DNA of 64,000 nucleotides from Sandaracinobacter sp. (GTDB lineage: Bacteria; Pseudomonadota; Alphaproteobacteria; Sphingomonadales; Sphingomonadaceae), in the NCBI RefSeq assembly GCF_041909755.1, contig NZ_JAYRCW010000002.1, forward strand, positions 2,565 to 66,564, read 5' to 3'. The stretch's first letter is position 1; every line of letters begins with the position of its first letter. Positions 29,805 to 38,248 of this stretch are shown here, piece by piece. The notes below the pieces were generated by a model. That model had not been told where the DNA came from. It did no database searches and worked only from the letters and a program-made list of their open reading frames with translations. The position numbers and the translations under genes are program-made.

Positions 29805-30497
29805 CTAGCCGTCGAGGAACGCCGCCAGCATCGGAACGACGATTTCGGGCGCTTCGATCGTGGGCAGATGCCCGGCCCCCGCAATCGTCTCCAGGCGGGC
29901 GCCGGGGATCGCGGCCAGCATCTCCTGCTGCTGCGCGTCTGTCGTGATGCCGTCACCCGCGCCGCGCAGCAGCAGCGTGGGAACCTTGATGTCCTTCAGC
30001 GCCGGGCGACTGTCCGCCCGGGCCATGATCGCGCGCTGCTGGCGCAGGAAGGTCTCAGCGCCGGTGTCGGCGGCCATCTGCCGCGCGATGCCCAGAAACC
30101 GCTCGTCGCTGCGCCGATGCTCCGGGAAAAGGATCGGAATGCGTTCCTCCACCACCTGATCGAAGCGGCCCGATTCCACCAGGTCGATATAGCCCTGCCG
30201 CCGCGCCGTCTGGGCAGGCCCGTCCGCCGAGGCGAGGGTGGCGATGAGGACGAGCCTGCGGACGCGGCCGGGGGCGCGGCGCATCACTTCGAAGGCGACA
30301 AAACCGCCCATGGCATGGGCGATCAGATCAAACTCCGGCGGGGCGGCGGCGAGCAGCCAGTCAGCGAAACCGGCAATGCTGTCGTCGTGCCGATTGTCGG
30401 CAAGGATGATGTCGCGCCCGGGCCAGGCATCGATCAGCGGCTGCCAGACGGCGTCGGTGAGAAGCTGGCCGGTGATGAGAACGACGGGACAGGACAT
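29805..30497 (-). CDS. alpha/beta-hydrolase-fold protein with Ala in place of the nucleophile Ser
   Basis: 230 aa. The nucleophile elbow reads LIAHAMGGF rather than GHSMGG. Asp (GAGDGIT) and His (GAGHLP) positions are retained. Last gene of the six-gene operon. Confidence 0.8.
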   Translation of the reverse strand: MSCPVVLITGQLLTDAVWQPLIDAWPGRDIILADNRHDDSIAGFADWLLAAAPPEFDLIAHAMGGFVAFEVMRRAPGRVRRLVLIATLASADGPAQTARRQGYIDLVESGRFDQVVEERIPILFPEHRRSDERFLGIARQMAADTGAETFLRQQRAIMARADSRPALKDIKVPTLLLRGAGDGITTDAQQQEMLAAIPGARLETIAGAGHLPTIEAPEIVVPMLAAFLDG

Positions 30498-31417
30498 TAG
30501 ACCACCTGATGCAAAAGGGGTTCCGCGCCGAACAGGCGACGGCAGTTTTCATGGGCGACGGTCAGGCTCCGCACCAGCGTTTCCGGCGTCAGCCAGGCGA
30601 TGTGCGGCGCCAGTACGACATTGGGCAGGGAGAGGAGCGGACTTTCGGCCGGCAGCGGCTCCTGCGCAAAGACGTCCAGCCCCGCCCCGCGCAGATGCCC
30701 TTCGGACAGCGCCTGCACGAGCTTCGCTTCGTCCACCAGTTCCCCGCGCGCCGTGTTCACCAGCACGGCGCCACGCTTCATCGCCAGCGGGTCGATCCGC
30801 CCGCGCGTCTCGTCGGTGAGCGGAATATGGAGGGAAAGGATGTCGGATTCCGCGCTCAGCTTCTCCTGCGGCCAATATTCGTAAGGCACGTCGCGCGAAG
30901 TGCGCGCGGTGTAGGCAACGCGCGCACCCAGCGCCGCCAGCGCCGGGGCGAGCCGCCCGGCGGAATGGCCGAATCCGACGAGGCCGACAGTTCGGCCCCC
31001 GATCTCGCCGACGCTGTCCAGTTCGGACGGATCCGCGGTCCAGCCCTCCCCTGCCCTTGTGCGCCGGTCGAAGAAGGGCGTGCGGCGCAGCACCGCCAGC
31101 ATCAGCGACAGCGCCATCTCGGCAACCGCCTGGCTGTTGGTGCCGGGCATGTTGCAGACCGCCACGCCATGCTCGCGCGCGGCATCCAGCGCGATGGTGT
31201 TGACGCCCACGCCCAGCTTCTGGATCAGCTTCAGCTTCGGCGCGGCGGCAATCACCTCCCGCGTGACCGGCGTGAGGACATGGAGCAGCGCCGTCATCTC
31301 CGGCGCGACTTCGTCGAGCGGGGCGGCCTCATCGACATGGACGACGACCCCGGCGCCGAAGATGCGATCGACGGCGGCGCGAAATCCAGGGCTGGGTCGG
31401 GCGTGGAGGACGATCAT
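30497..31417 (-). CDS. D-isomer-specific 2-hydroxyacid dehydrogenase
   Basis: ATG 31417 forms an ATGA overlap with the enolase stop. 306 aa with VGLVGFGHSAGRLA (NAD site), NTARGELVDE, LDVFAQEP and PHIAW. Confidence 0.9.
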   Translation of the reverse strand: MIVLHARPSPGFRAAVDRIFGAGVVVHVDEAAPLDEVAPEMTALLHVLTPVTREVIAAAPKLKLIQKLGVGVNTIALDAAREHGVAVCNMPGTNSQAVAEMALSLMLAVLRRTPFFDRRTRAGEGWTADPSELDSVGEIGGRTVGLVGFGHSAGRLAPALAALGARVAYTARTSRDVPYEYWPQEKLSAESDILSLHIPLTDETRGRIDPLAMKRGAVLVNTARGELVDEAKLVQALSEGHLRGAGLDVFAQEPLPAESPLLSLPNVVLAPHIAWLTPETLVRSLTVAHENCRRLFGAEPLLHQVV

Positions 31418-32703
31418 GCCAGAGCCTGCGCCACCGGCGCGAAGAATGCCGACGCCCCGGCGAACTCGGCGTCGGCGCCCATGGCTTCCTCGATCCGCAG
31501 CACCTCGTTCCATTTCGCCATCCGCTCGGACCGGGTGAAACTGCCCACCTTCAGCTGCCCGGCGTTCCAGCCGGTCGCCAGATGGGCGATGGTGACATCC
31601 TCCGTCTCCCCGGAGCGGGCGGACACCAGCGCGCCCCAGCCATGCGCGACGGCGGCGTCCAGCGCGGCCTTTGCTTCGGTCACGGTGCCGACCTGGTTCA
31701 CCTTGATGAGGGCGGCGTTGCAGACTCCGGCCTTCGCCGCCGCCTCCACCCGCGCGGCGTTCGTCACCAGCACATCGTCGCCGATCAGCTGCACATGGCT
31801 GCCGATGGCCGCATTCACCGCCGCCATCGTCTTCCAGTCGTCCTGGCCCGCCGGGTCCTCGATGGACAGGATCGGGTAGCGCTTCGTCCATTCGATCATA
31901 CGTGCGGCCATGTCCGCGCCAGACAGGCGGCGCCCATCCAGCGCCAGCCGGTAGCCGCTTTCGTCGCCCAGTTCGTTGGCGGCGATGTCGAGCGAGATGA
32001 ACACATCCCTATGGCCGCTCGCCTCGATGGCGCGGGTCAGCGTTTCCAGCGCATCCTCGTTCGAGGCGAAATTGGGCCACCAGCCGCCTTCGTCCGCCAC
32101 GCCCGAAAGCGGCCCTTTTTCCTCCATCAACCGGCCGGCCGCCCGGAACACATCGTGGGTTATTTCCATCGCCCGACGGAACGAACCGGCCTTCGGGCAC
32201 ATCACCATGAAATCCTGCACGTCGGTGCGGCGGCCGGCATGCGCGCCGCCGCCGAAAATCTGGATTTCCGGCAGCGGGATTCGAACCTTGCGGCCCTGGG
32301 CCAGCCAGCGCCACAGCGGCTCGCGCGCATCGGCCGCAGCGGCGTGCAGCACCGCCATCGACACGGCGACCACGGCATTCGCCCCAAGCCGCGCCTTGTT
32401 GGGCGTGCCATCCAGATCGCAGAGCGCCCGGTCCACCGCCGCCTGCTCACGCGCATCCATGCCGGCGATGGCGGGGGCGATTTCGGCAGCGATCCCGGCG
32501 ACGGCCCGGTCGACGCCAAACCCGCCGAAGGCCGCGCCGCCGTCGCGCAGGTCGATCGCCTCATGGGCCCCTCTCGACGCGCCGGCCGGGGCGATGGCGC
32601 GGCCCACCGCACCCGAGTCCAGCCGGACTTCGGCTTCCACCGTGGGGCGGCCCCGCGAATCCCAGAGGCGGCGGCCCGTCACCGTGGCGATGCGTGCGGT
32701 CAT
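31414..32703 (-). CDS. enolase-family protein (divergent paralog)
   Basis: ATG 32703 forms an ATGA overlap with the kinase stop. 429 aa with DSRGRPTVEAEV, GASRGAHEAIDLRD, FGGGAHAG, VADEGGW, SIEDP, GDDVLVTN, IKVNQVGTVTE and SARSGETED. Confidence 0.9.
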   Translation of the reverse strand: MTARIATVTGRRLWDSRGRPTVEAEVRLDSGAVGRAIAPAGASRGAHEAIDLRDGGAAFGGFGVDRAVAGIAAEIAPAIAGMDAREQAAVDRALCDLDGTPNKARLGANAVVAVSMAVLHAAAADAREPLWRWLAQGRKVRIPLPEIQIFGGGAHAGRRTDVQDFMVMCPKAGSFRRAMEITHDVFRAAGRLMEEKGPLSGVADEGGWWPNFASNEDALETLTRAIEASGHRDVFISLDIAANELGDESGYRLALDGRRLSGADMAARMIEWTKRYPILSIEDPAGQDDWKTMAAVNAAIGSHVQLIGDDVLVTNAARVEAAAKAGVCNAALIKVNQVGTVTEAKAALDAAVAHGWGALVSARSGETEDVTIAHLATGWNAGQLKVGSFTRSERMAKWNEVLRIEEAMGADAEFAGASAFFAPVAQALA

Positions 32704-33668
32704 TCCAGTCCTTTCCAGTCCGCGACCAGCCGGTCGAGGGACGCAGGGCGGCGCAGCAGCGCCCGCGCCTGTCCGCGCACGCAGTCCCGGTGCGCAGGGT
32801 CGATGAGATAGGGCGCGGGGGATTTTCCCTCCACGCGGGCGAGAAGTAGGGCGGCGGTCAATGGGCCTGCGCGTTCGAGAACAGCGTCCGGCGCTTCCCA
32901 GTCGACCCGGCCCGCATAGGCTGCAACCAGCGCTTCGGCCGCAGGCCGCACGCCGCCCAGCCACACATGCTTCAGCAGCAGGTGCGTGGTGCAAAAGGCG
33001 AGGTCGAAGGCCGGATCGCCAAAGACCGCGCATTCGGCATCCAGAAACACCGGCCCGTCCGCATGGACGAGGATGTTCTTGGGGCTGACATCGCCATGCA
33101 CCAGCGCGACCTTGCGGGCCGTCAGATCGTCGGCAATCGCATGAAGGACCGGGGCAAGTTCGGCGTCGGCACGGGCGACATGCAGGATGAACGGATCGAC
33201 CCGCAGGGCGCGGAACATCTCGTCGGTCGGAAAGGCCGCGCGGTCCGCGTCGCTGAAGGCCGTCGCCGAATGGAGGGCGGCAATGCGCAGGCCCACGGCA
33301 GCGGCGAATCCGGGCGCCCCATGCCCAGCCACAAGCTCGTCCTTCCAGACCGGCGCATCGGGCAGGAAGCGCAGCACGAAGCCGTGGCCGGGCAGTTCGG
33401 CCAGCACCTCGGGTGCCATGCGGGGATCCACTTCGCGCGCCCGGCGCAGCCAGCGCACCTCGCTGGCGCCGCGCTCCACAGGCGCGCGCCAGTCCGCCGC
33501 GACGCGCAGCTTCGCCAATGGCCGCTTCACCACCACCGGCCCCTCAGCTGTCTCCAGCTTCCACACATCGCAGGAAACGCCGCCCGCCAACGGCACCAGC
33601 CGGGGCTCTTCCGCGCCGATCAGGCCGGCGCGGCGCAAACCCTCCACGATGCCGGCATCGGCCAGCAT
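32700..33668 (-). CDS. phosphotransferase-family kinase (APH/choline-kinase fold)
   Basis: 322 aa with nucleotide-lysine segment PVVVKRP, catalytic loop LVHGDVSPKNILV and metal loop LDAECAVFGDPAFDLAF. Confidence 0.8.
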   Translation of the reverse strand: MLADAGIVEGLRRAGLIGAEEPRLVPLAGGVSCDVWKLETAEGPVVVKRPLAKLRVAADWRAPVERGASEVRWLRRAREVDPRMAPEVLAELPGHGFVLRFLPDAPVWKDELVAGHGAPGFAAAVGLRIAALHSATAFSDADRAAFPTDEMFRALRVDPFILHVARADAELAPVLHAIADDLTARKVALVHGDVSPKNILVHADGPVFLDAECAVFGDPAFDLAFCTTHLLLKHVWLGGVRPAAEALVAAYAGRVDWEAPDAVLERAGPLTAALLLARVEGKSPAPYLIDPAHRDCVRGQARALLRRPASLDRLVADWKGLE

Positions 33669-34795
33669 TACAGTTTCGACCGGATCCAGCTGCCCACGAG
33701 ATCGGCGGCATCCTGTCGTTCGGCCAGGCTGTCCTCGAAATAGTGCGCGCCCGGAATCAGCTCCAGCCGCTTGTCGGCGCTGCCCAGGAAATCGAAGATC
33801 TTGCGGGCATCACTGGGGAAGACGCCCGTATCCGCCAGCCCCTGCACCACCAGCGCGGGGGTGTCGTGCTTCGCCAGATGCGGCGCGCCCTGGCAAGGCG
33901 ATGTCTCAAGGCTCCACATGTTCAGCCAGGTCCGGATCATGTTGGCGCGGCCGATGCTGGGGGTGCGGTTGGCGATCTTCGGATCGCCGCGATAGCACCA
34001 GTTCGGCTTGCGGTCCGACGGATCGATGGACGGATCCACGCAGCGGACATCGCCCCAGCAGCGGAACATAGGGAACAGCCGGTCGGGCACCCCGGCCGCA
34101 TTCAGCCGCGCCAGTTCCGCCTTCGCCCAATCGGTGATGCGCTGGTTCCGCGCGCGCTGGGCGGCACGATATTTCGCGATGAAGGCGTCCGAATAGGGCG
34201 GTCCGTTGTCGGGGTTGAAGGGATCCAGCTCCGGATCGGTCGCCACCGGATCATTCTCGTCGATCACCGAGGCGTCCATCCAGTCGGTCAGCACCTCCGG
34301 CCGCCCCTGGTGCGCGTTGAAGGAAATGTAGAGATCGCCCTTGATGAGCTGTGCCAGCGCATCCTGCCCCGCGCTTGGCAGACGGTCCGACAGGGTGGGC
34401 GATATGGCCTCGGCCTGATAGGCCCCCATCAGGGAACCGCCGCCGGAATTGCCAAGGATGACGATCCGCTCGACCCCGGCCTCCTCCTTCAGCCAGCGCA
34501 TCCCCACGCCGATGTCAAGCACGGCATGTTCCAGCAGGAACTGGTCCTCCACCCCGCGATAGCGGGTGTTCCAGCCCAGAAAGCCGAACCCCTGACGGGC
34601 AAAATAGGGCGCGATATAATGTTCGGAAAAATCGACATTATAGTGGGTGGCGATGATCGCCACTTTCGGCCGCGTGCCCGATTTCGTCCAGTAGATCCCC
34701 TGGCACGGATGCCCGCCCGCCATGATGCGCGGCATGGTGGGCGATACCCGGCCAATGAATTGCGCGTCCAGCCCTTCGATCCCGTTCGGATCCAT
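33668..34795 (-). CDS. alpha/beta hydrolase (intact GNSGGG nucleophile elbow)
   Basis: ATG 34795 gives MDPNGIEGLD... 375 aa with IVILGNSGGGSLM (G-x-S-x-G). The upstream part of track ORF 33668..35131 overlaps the ligase gene. Confidence 0.72.
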   Translation of the reverse strand: MDPNGIEGLDAQFIGRVSPTMPRIMAGGHPCQGIYWTKSGTRPKVAIIATHYNVDFSEHYIAPYFARQGFGFLGWNTRYRGVEDQFLLEHAVLDIGVGMRWLKEEAGVERIVILGNSGGGSLMGAYQAEAISPTLSDRLPSAGQDALAQLIKGDLYISFNAHQGRPEVLTDWMDASVIDENDPVATDPELDPFNPDNGPPYSDAFIAKYRAAQRARNQRITDWAKAELARLNAAGVPDRLFPMFRCWGDVRCVDPSIDPSDRKPNWCYRGDPKIANRTPSIGRANMIRTWLNMWSLETSPCQGAPHLAKHDTPALVVQGLADTGVFPSDARKIFDFLGSADKRLELIPGAHYFEDSLAERQDAADLVGSWIRSKL

Positions 34796-34821
34796 CCCAC
34801 TCTCCCCGTGATTGCGTCTGT

Positions 34822-36456
34822 TCAGCGTGCGGCTTCGAAGGGCAGCCGATAGCCCGTCAGCCCGGCGCGGATGGCACGCTTGTCGATCTTGCCCGTCGGC
34901 CCCAGCGGGATCTCGTCGACGAACAGCACATCGTCCGGCATCCACCAGCGGGCAATCCTGTCCGTCAGATAGGCTTTCAGCCCCTCGGCATCGGCGCTGG
35001 CGCCGGGCTTCAGCTGGCACAGCAGGATCGGCCGTTCGTCCCATTTCGGGTGGGCGACGCCAACGACCGCGGCCAGCGCGACGGCGGGGTGGCCCGTGGC
35101 GATATTCTCGATTTCGATCGAACTGATCCACTCGCCGCCGGACTTCACCACATCCTTGGCGCGATCGGTGATCTGCATATAGCCCTCGGCGTCAAGGGTA
35201 GAGACGTCGCCGGTATCGAAAAAGCCTTCCGCGTCCAGCACATCGCCCGCTTCGCCGCCGAAATAGGCCGACGCGATCGTCTCCCCGCGGATCATCAGCC
35301 GGCCCGGCGTCTTCCCGTCGTGCGGCAGACGCCTGCCTTCGTCGTCCACCAGCTTCAGGTCCAGCCCGCACAGCAACCGGCCCTGTTTCAGCTTGTAGGC
35401 GATCTGCTCGTCCGCAGGCTTTGCCGCAACGCTGGCGTTCGGCACCGAAACGGTCGCCAGCGGCGAGGTTTCCGTCATCCCCCAGCCCTGGATCACGTCC
35501 ACGCCATAGTCATCCCGGAAGGCGCGGATGATCGATTCCGGGCAGGCCGACCCACCGATCGTCACCCGTTCCAGCGTGGAAAATCTGTGGCCGCCATCGC
35601 GCATGTGCTGCAACAGCATCTGCCACACGGTGGGCACGGCGGCGGAATAGGTGACGCCTTCCTGCTCGATGAGATTGTAGATGGATTCACCATCCATCCG
35701 CTGCCCCGGCATCACCAGCTTTGCGCCGACCGCGGGCGCCGAATAGACGACGCCCCAGGCATTGGCATGGTACATCGGCACCACCAGCAGCACGGAATCG
35801 CGCGCGCAAAGCCCCAGCGCATCGCGTTGCAGCGTCATCAGCGCGTGGATGCTGTTAGACCGGTGCGAATAGAGGACGCCCTTCGGATTCCCCGTGGTGC
35901 CCGAGGTATAGCAAAGGCCGCAGGCGGTCCGCTCGTCAAAGCCGCCCCAGCGATACTCGGCCGGGTATCCGGCGATCCAGTCATCGAAGGCGGTCGCCGG
36001 ATAGGGCGTTTCCGGCAACGAGGCGCGGTCGCAGAAGAAGATCACCCGCTCGATCGAGGGCACCTGCGGCAGCAGTTGCGCGACAAGATCGGCGCAGGCC
36101 GGGTCGGCGATCAGCAGCCGGTCTCCGGCGTGGTTGGCGATATAGGCGATCTGCTCCAGATAGAGGCGCGGGTTCAGCGTATGCAGCACGGCCCCCATGC
36201 CGCAGGCGCCATACCAGGCGGCGAGGTGCCGGGCGCTGTTCCAGGCGAGCGTCGCCACCCGGTCCCCCAGCCGGATGCCGGCATCGGACAGGGCGTTCGA
36301 AACCCGCTTCGCGTCGGCATGCACCGCCGCATAGCTGGAGCGGGTGACCCGCCCCTCCGCATCGCGCGAAACCAGCTCCCGCGTGCCGTGCCACGCGGCG
36401 GCATGGTCCAGAATCCGGTCCACCGTCAGCGGCACATCCTGCATCAAACCCAGCAT
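34822..36456 (-). CDS. long/medium-chain fatty-acid--CoA ligase-like adenylating enzyme
   Basis: ATG 36456 gives [16 protein letters not shown], a typical N-terminus for this family. It has [54 protein letters not shown] and [11 protein letters not shown]. Confidence 0.9.
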   Translation of the reverse strand: MLGLMQDVPLTVDRILDHAAAWHGTRELVSRDAEGRVTRSSYAAVHADAKRVSNALSDAGIRLGDRVATLAWNSARHLAAWYGACGMGAVLHTLNPRLYLEQIAYIANHAGDRLLIADPACADLVAQLLPQVPSIERVIFFCDRASLPETPYPATAFDDWIAGYPAEYRWGGFDERTACGLCYTSGTTGNPKGVLYSHRSNSIHALMTLQRDALGLCARDSVLLVVPMYHANAWGVVYSAPAVGAKLVMPGQRMDGESIYNLIEQEGVTYSAAVPTVWQMLLQHMRDGGHRFSTLERVTIGGSACPESIIRAFRDDYGVDVIQGWGMTETSPLATVSVPNASVAAKPADEQIAYKLKQGRLLCGLDLKLVDDEGRRLPHDGKTPGRLMIRGETIASAYFGGEAGDVLDAEGFFDTGDVSTLDAEGYMQITDRAKDVVKSGGEWISSIEIENIATGHPAVALAAVVGVAHPKWDERPILLCQLKPGASADAEGLKAYLTDRIARWWMPDDVLFVDEIPLGPTGKIDKRAIRAGLTGYRLPFEAAR

Positions 36457-36507
36457 GGCGGTGCTCTCTCCCCCCGGTTGCAGCCTTCCGGCCATTATGG
36501 AAAAAGA

Positions 36508-36519
36508 TAGTATCCTAAG
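36508..36519 (+). promoter_or_regulatory. TAG-N4-CTAAG upstream motif, copy E (TAGTATCCTAAG)
   Basis: Intergenic between the ligase operon and the divergent MarR gene, ending 75 nt before the GTG start at 36594. Confidence 0.35.
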
Positions 36520-36593
36520 GAAATTGCCCTGACAACGCCGGCAAGGCGTCGCACGGGCTTGCGCCGCGCCACTGCTGCATCTAGCCCGTTCAG

Positions 36594-37022
36594 GTGCGTT
36601 CCGATCAGCTCATAATAGCCCTTTTCCAGCGTTTCTGCTGGATGGACGAGGGATTGCAGGCCGCCCTGCATGCGAAAGGCTGGCCGGATGTGAACCGGCC
36701 GCAGTCGATGGTGATGACGAATGTCGTCAGCGGCATCGTCCGCCCGTCCGAGATCGCCCGCAACCTCGGCATCTCGCGGCAGGCGATCCACAGCACGCTG
36801 GCGCAGATGGTGAAGCTGGGGATGATCGAGCTGGATGTCGATCCGCTTGATCGGCGCCACCATGTGGTGTCCCTCACGGAAAAGGGCGCCCGCATGCGCC
36901 AGGATGCCCAGCTCGCGATGGATGCACTGTCCGCGCAGATCGCCGGCGCGCTGGGGCCGGACCGATATGCCGCCATGATCGCCGGGCTTGAGGCCGACTG
37001 GGGCGAGAATATCCCCCGCTAG
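36594..37022 (+). CDS. MarR-family transcriptional regulator
   Basis: 142 aa with a GTG start. Winged-helix segment PSEIARNLGISRQAIHSTLAQMVKLGMIELDVDPLDRRHHVVSLTEKG. Confidence 0.75.
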   Translation: MRSDQLIIALFQRFCWMDEGLQAALHAKGWPDVNRPQSMVMTNVVSGIVRPSEIARNLGISRQAIHSTLAQMVKLGMIELDVDPLDRRHHVVSLTEKGARMRQDAQLAMDALSAQIAGALGPDRYAAMIAGLEADWGENIPR

Positions 37023-37594
37023 GCGGACAGCGCCGCCGCCACCTTCACCAGCCGCGCCGCCGTCATCTCCACCAGCGAGGCCGGCAGCGCCTCTTTCAGC
37101 GCGCCCGCCTCGTTGAAGGCGGAATGGGCGTTGGGCACCATCACCTGCTCCGGAATCACCAGCATCTGCACCGTCGTCAGGATCTGCCGCAGGTGCATCA
37201 GCCCGCGCAGCCCACCGAACGGGCTGATCGAGGCGGACATGATCGCCGCCACCTTGCCGCGATAGGCCGTCAGCGCGACGAGGCTTTCCGAACCGGTCGG
37301 GCGCGACGCCCAGTCGATGGCGTTCTTCAGCAGCGGCGACACGGACCCATTATATTCCGGGGACGCGATCAGCAGCCCATCCTGCGCGACCAGCAATTCT
37401 TTCAGCCGCAGCGCGTCGGCCGGGAAGGCATTTGCTTCCAGCGCAAGCGAATAGATCGGCAGGTCGAACGCGCCCAGGTCGATCTCGGTGACCTCCGCGC
37501 CATGCCCCCTGAGCGCCCGGGCCGACAGCGCCGCCAGCATCCCGTTGAACGATCCTTCGCGGGTGCTGCCCGCGATCACGGCAATGCGCGGCAC
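37019..37594 (-). CDS. NAD(P)H-dependent FMN reductase
   Basis: 191 aa with MPRIAVIAGSTREGSFN, a flavodoxin-like P-loop for FMN, and SPEYNGS. Confidence 0.85.
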   Translation of the reverse strand: MPRIAVIAGSTREGSFNGMLAALSARALRGHGAEVTEIDLGAFDLPIYSLALEANAFPADALRLKELLVAQDGLLIASPEYNGSVSPLLKNAIDWASRPTGSESLVALTAYRGKVAAIMSASISPFGGLRGLMHLRQILTTVQMLVIPEQVMVPNAHSAFNEAGALKEALPASLVEMTAARLVKVAAALSA

Positions 37595-37598
37595 CGGA

Positions 37599-38111
37599 TC
37601 AGGCCCTCACGTCGGACAGGAATTTCAGCTTCGCCGTCTCGTCGGCCAGATTGGCGATCACCCGGCGCAACAGGCTCTGGAGGACATCGACTTCCTCGTC
37701 CGTCATGCCGCGCGTCGCGATCTCATGCACCTCGGCGTTCATCGGCGCCAGGATCAGCTCCAGCTTGCGGGCGTGCGGCGTCAGGTAGATGAAGGTCTTG
37801 CGGCGATCCTCGGTCGATTTCTTGCGGATGATGAAGCCGGATTTTTCCAGCCCGTTCAGCGCAACCACGGTCGTCGGTTCGCGCATGCCCACCCGCTCGC
37901 TCAGCTCGCGCTGGGTGATGCCGTCCTGCCGCCAGAGCTGGCGCAGGAACCGCCACTGCCCGGCAGAGACATCCTGCGTCAGCGTCCCCTGCTCCAGCAG
38001 GCGCGAAAACGACCGGAAGACGACGCGAGCGAGATAGCCGATGCTGTTCTCGGGATTTGTGTAGAACTCCGGCGGATGCCGAAACCGCTTCTCCGAACCA
38101 GCCAACGCCAA
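37599..38111 (-). CDS. MarR-family transcriptional regulator
   Basis: 170 aa. TTG start 7 nt after AAGGAGGGGG. It reads GITQRELSERVGMREPTTVVALNGLEKSGFIIRKKSTEDRRKTFIYLT. Sits 4 nt upstream of the FMN reductase gene. Confidence 0.82.
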   Translation of the reverse strand: MALAGSEKRFRHPPEFYTNPENSIGYLARVVFRSFSRLLEQGTLTQDVSAGQWRFLRQLWRQDGITQRELSERVGMREPTTVVALNGLEKSGFIIRKKSTEDRRKTFIYLTPHARKLELILAPMNAEVHEIATRGMTDEEVDVLQSLLRRVIANLADETAKLKFLSDVRA

Positions 38112-38140
38112 CCCCCTCCTTCACCGCATGCGGCAGAATG

Positions 38141-38152
38141 CTTAGTTTGCTA
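38141..38152 (-). promoter_or_regulatory. TAG-N4-CTAAG upstream motif, copy F (minus strand TAGCAAACTAAG)
   Basis: Plus strand reads CTTAGTTTGCTA. On the minus strand it ends 30 nt before the MarR start at 38111. Confidence 0.35.
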
Positions 38153-38169
38153 TGTTTATCGGCAGATGT

Positions 38170-38186
38170 CTTGCAGATTCTGCAAG
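38170..38186. promoter_or_regulatory. perfect 17-bp palindrome CTTGCAGA-T-TCTGCAAG (candidate MarR operator)
   Basis: 8-bp arms around a single central base, too tight to be a hairpin loop. It lies 59-75 nt upstream of the MarR start at 38111. Confidence 0.4.
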
Positions 38187-38248
38187 CATCGCCAATCACA
38201 GCCCTGCATGCAATGGCCGGAGGGGGCAGCCGCCCTGATCGCGCCGGG

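Noticed and set aside
30497-35131. Long N-terminal extensions in track ORFs 30497..31891, 31414..33033 and 33668..35131 (and likewise 28233..29795, 42891..44219, 19419..20024, 19910..20731)
   Set aside because: The extensions overlap the 3' ends of the upstream genes and are Arg/Gly/Pro-rich. They also precede internal ATG or TTG codons where family homology begins, often in ATGA or TAATG coupling with the upstream stop.
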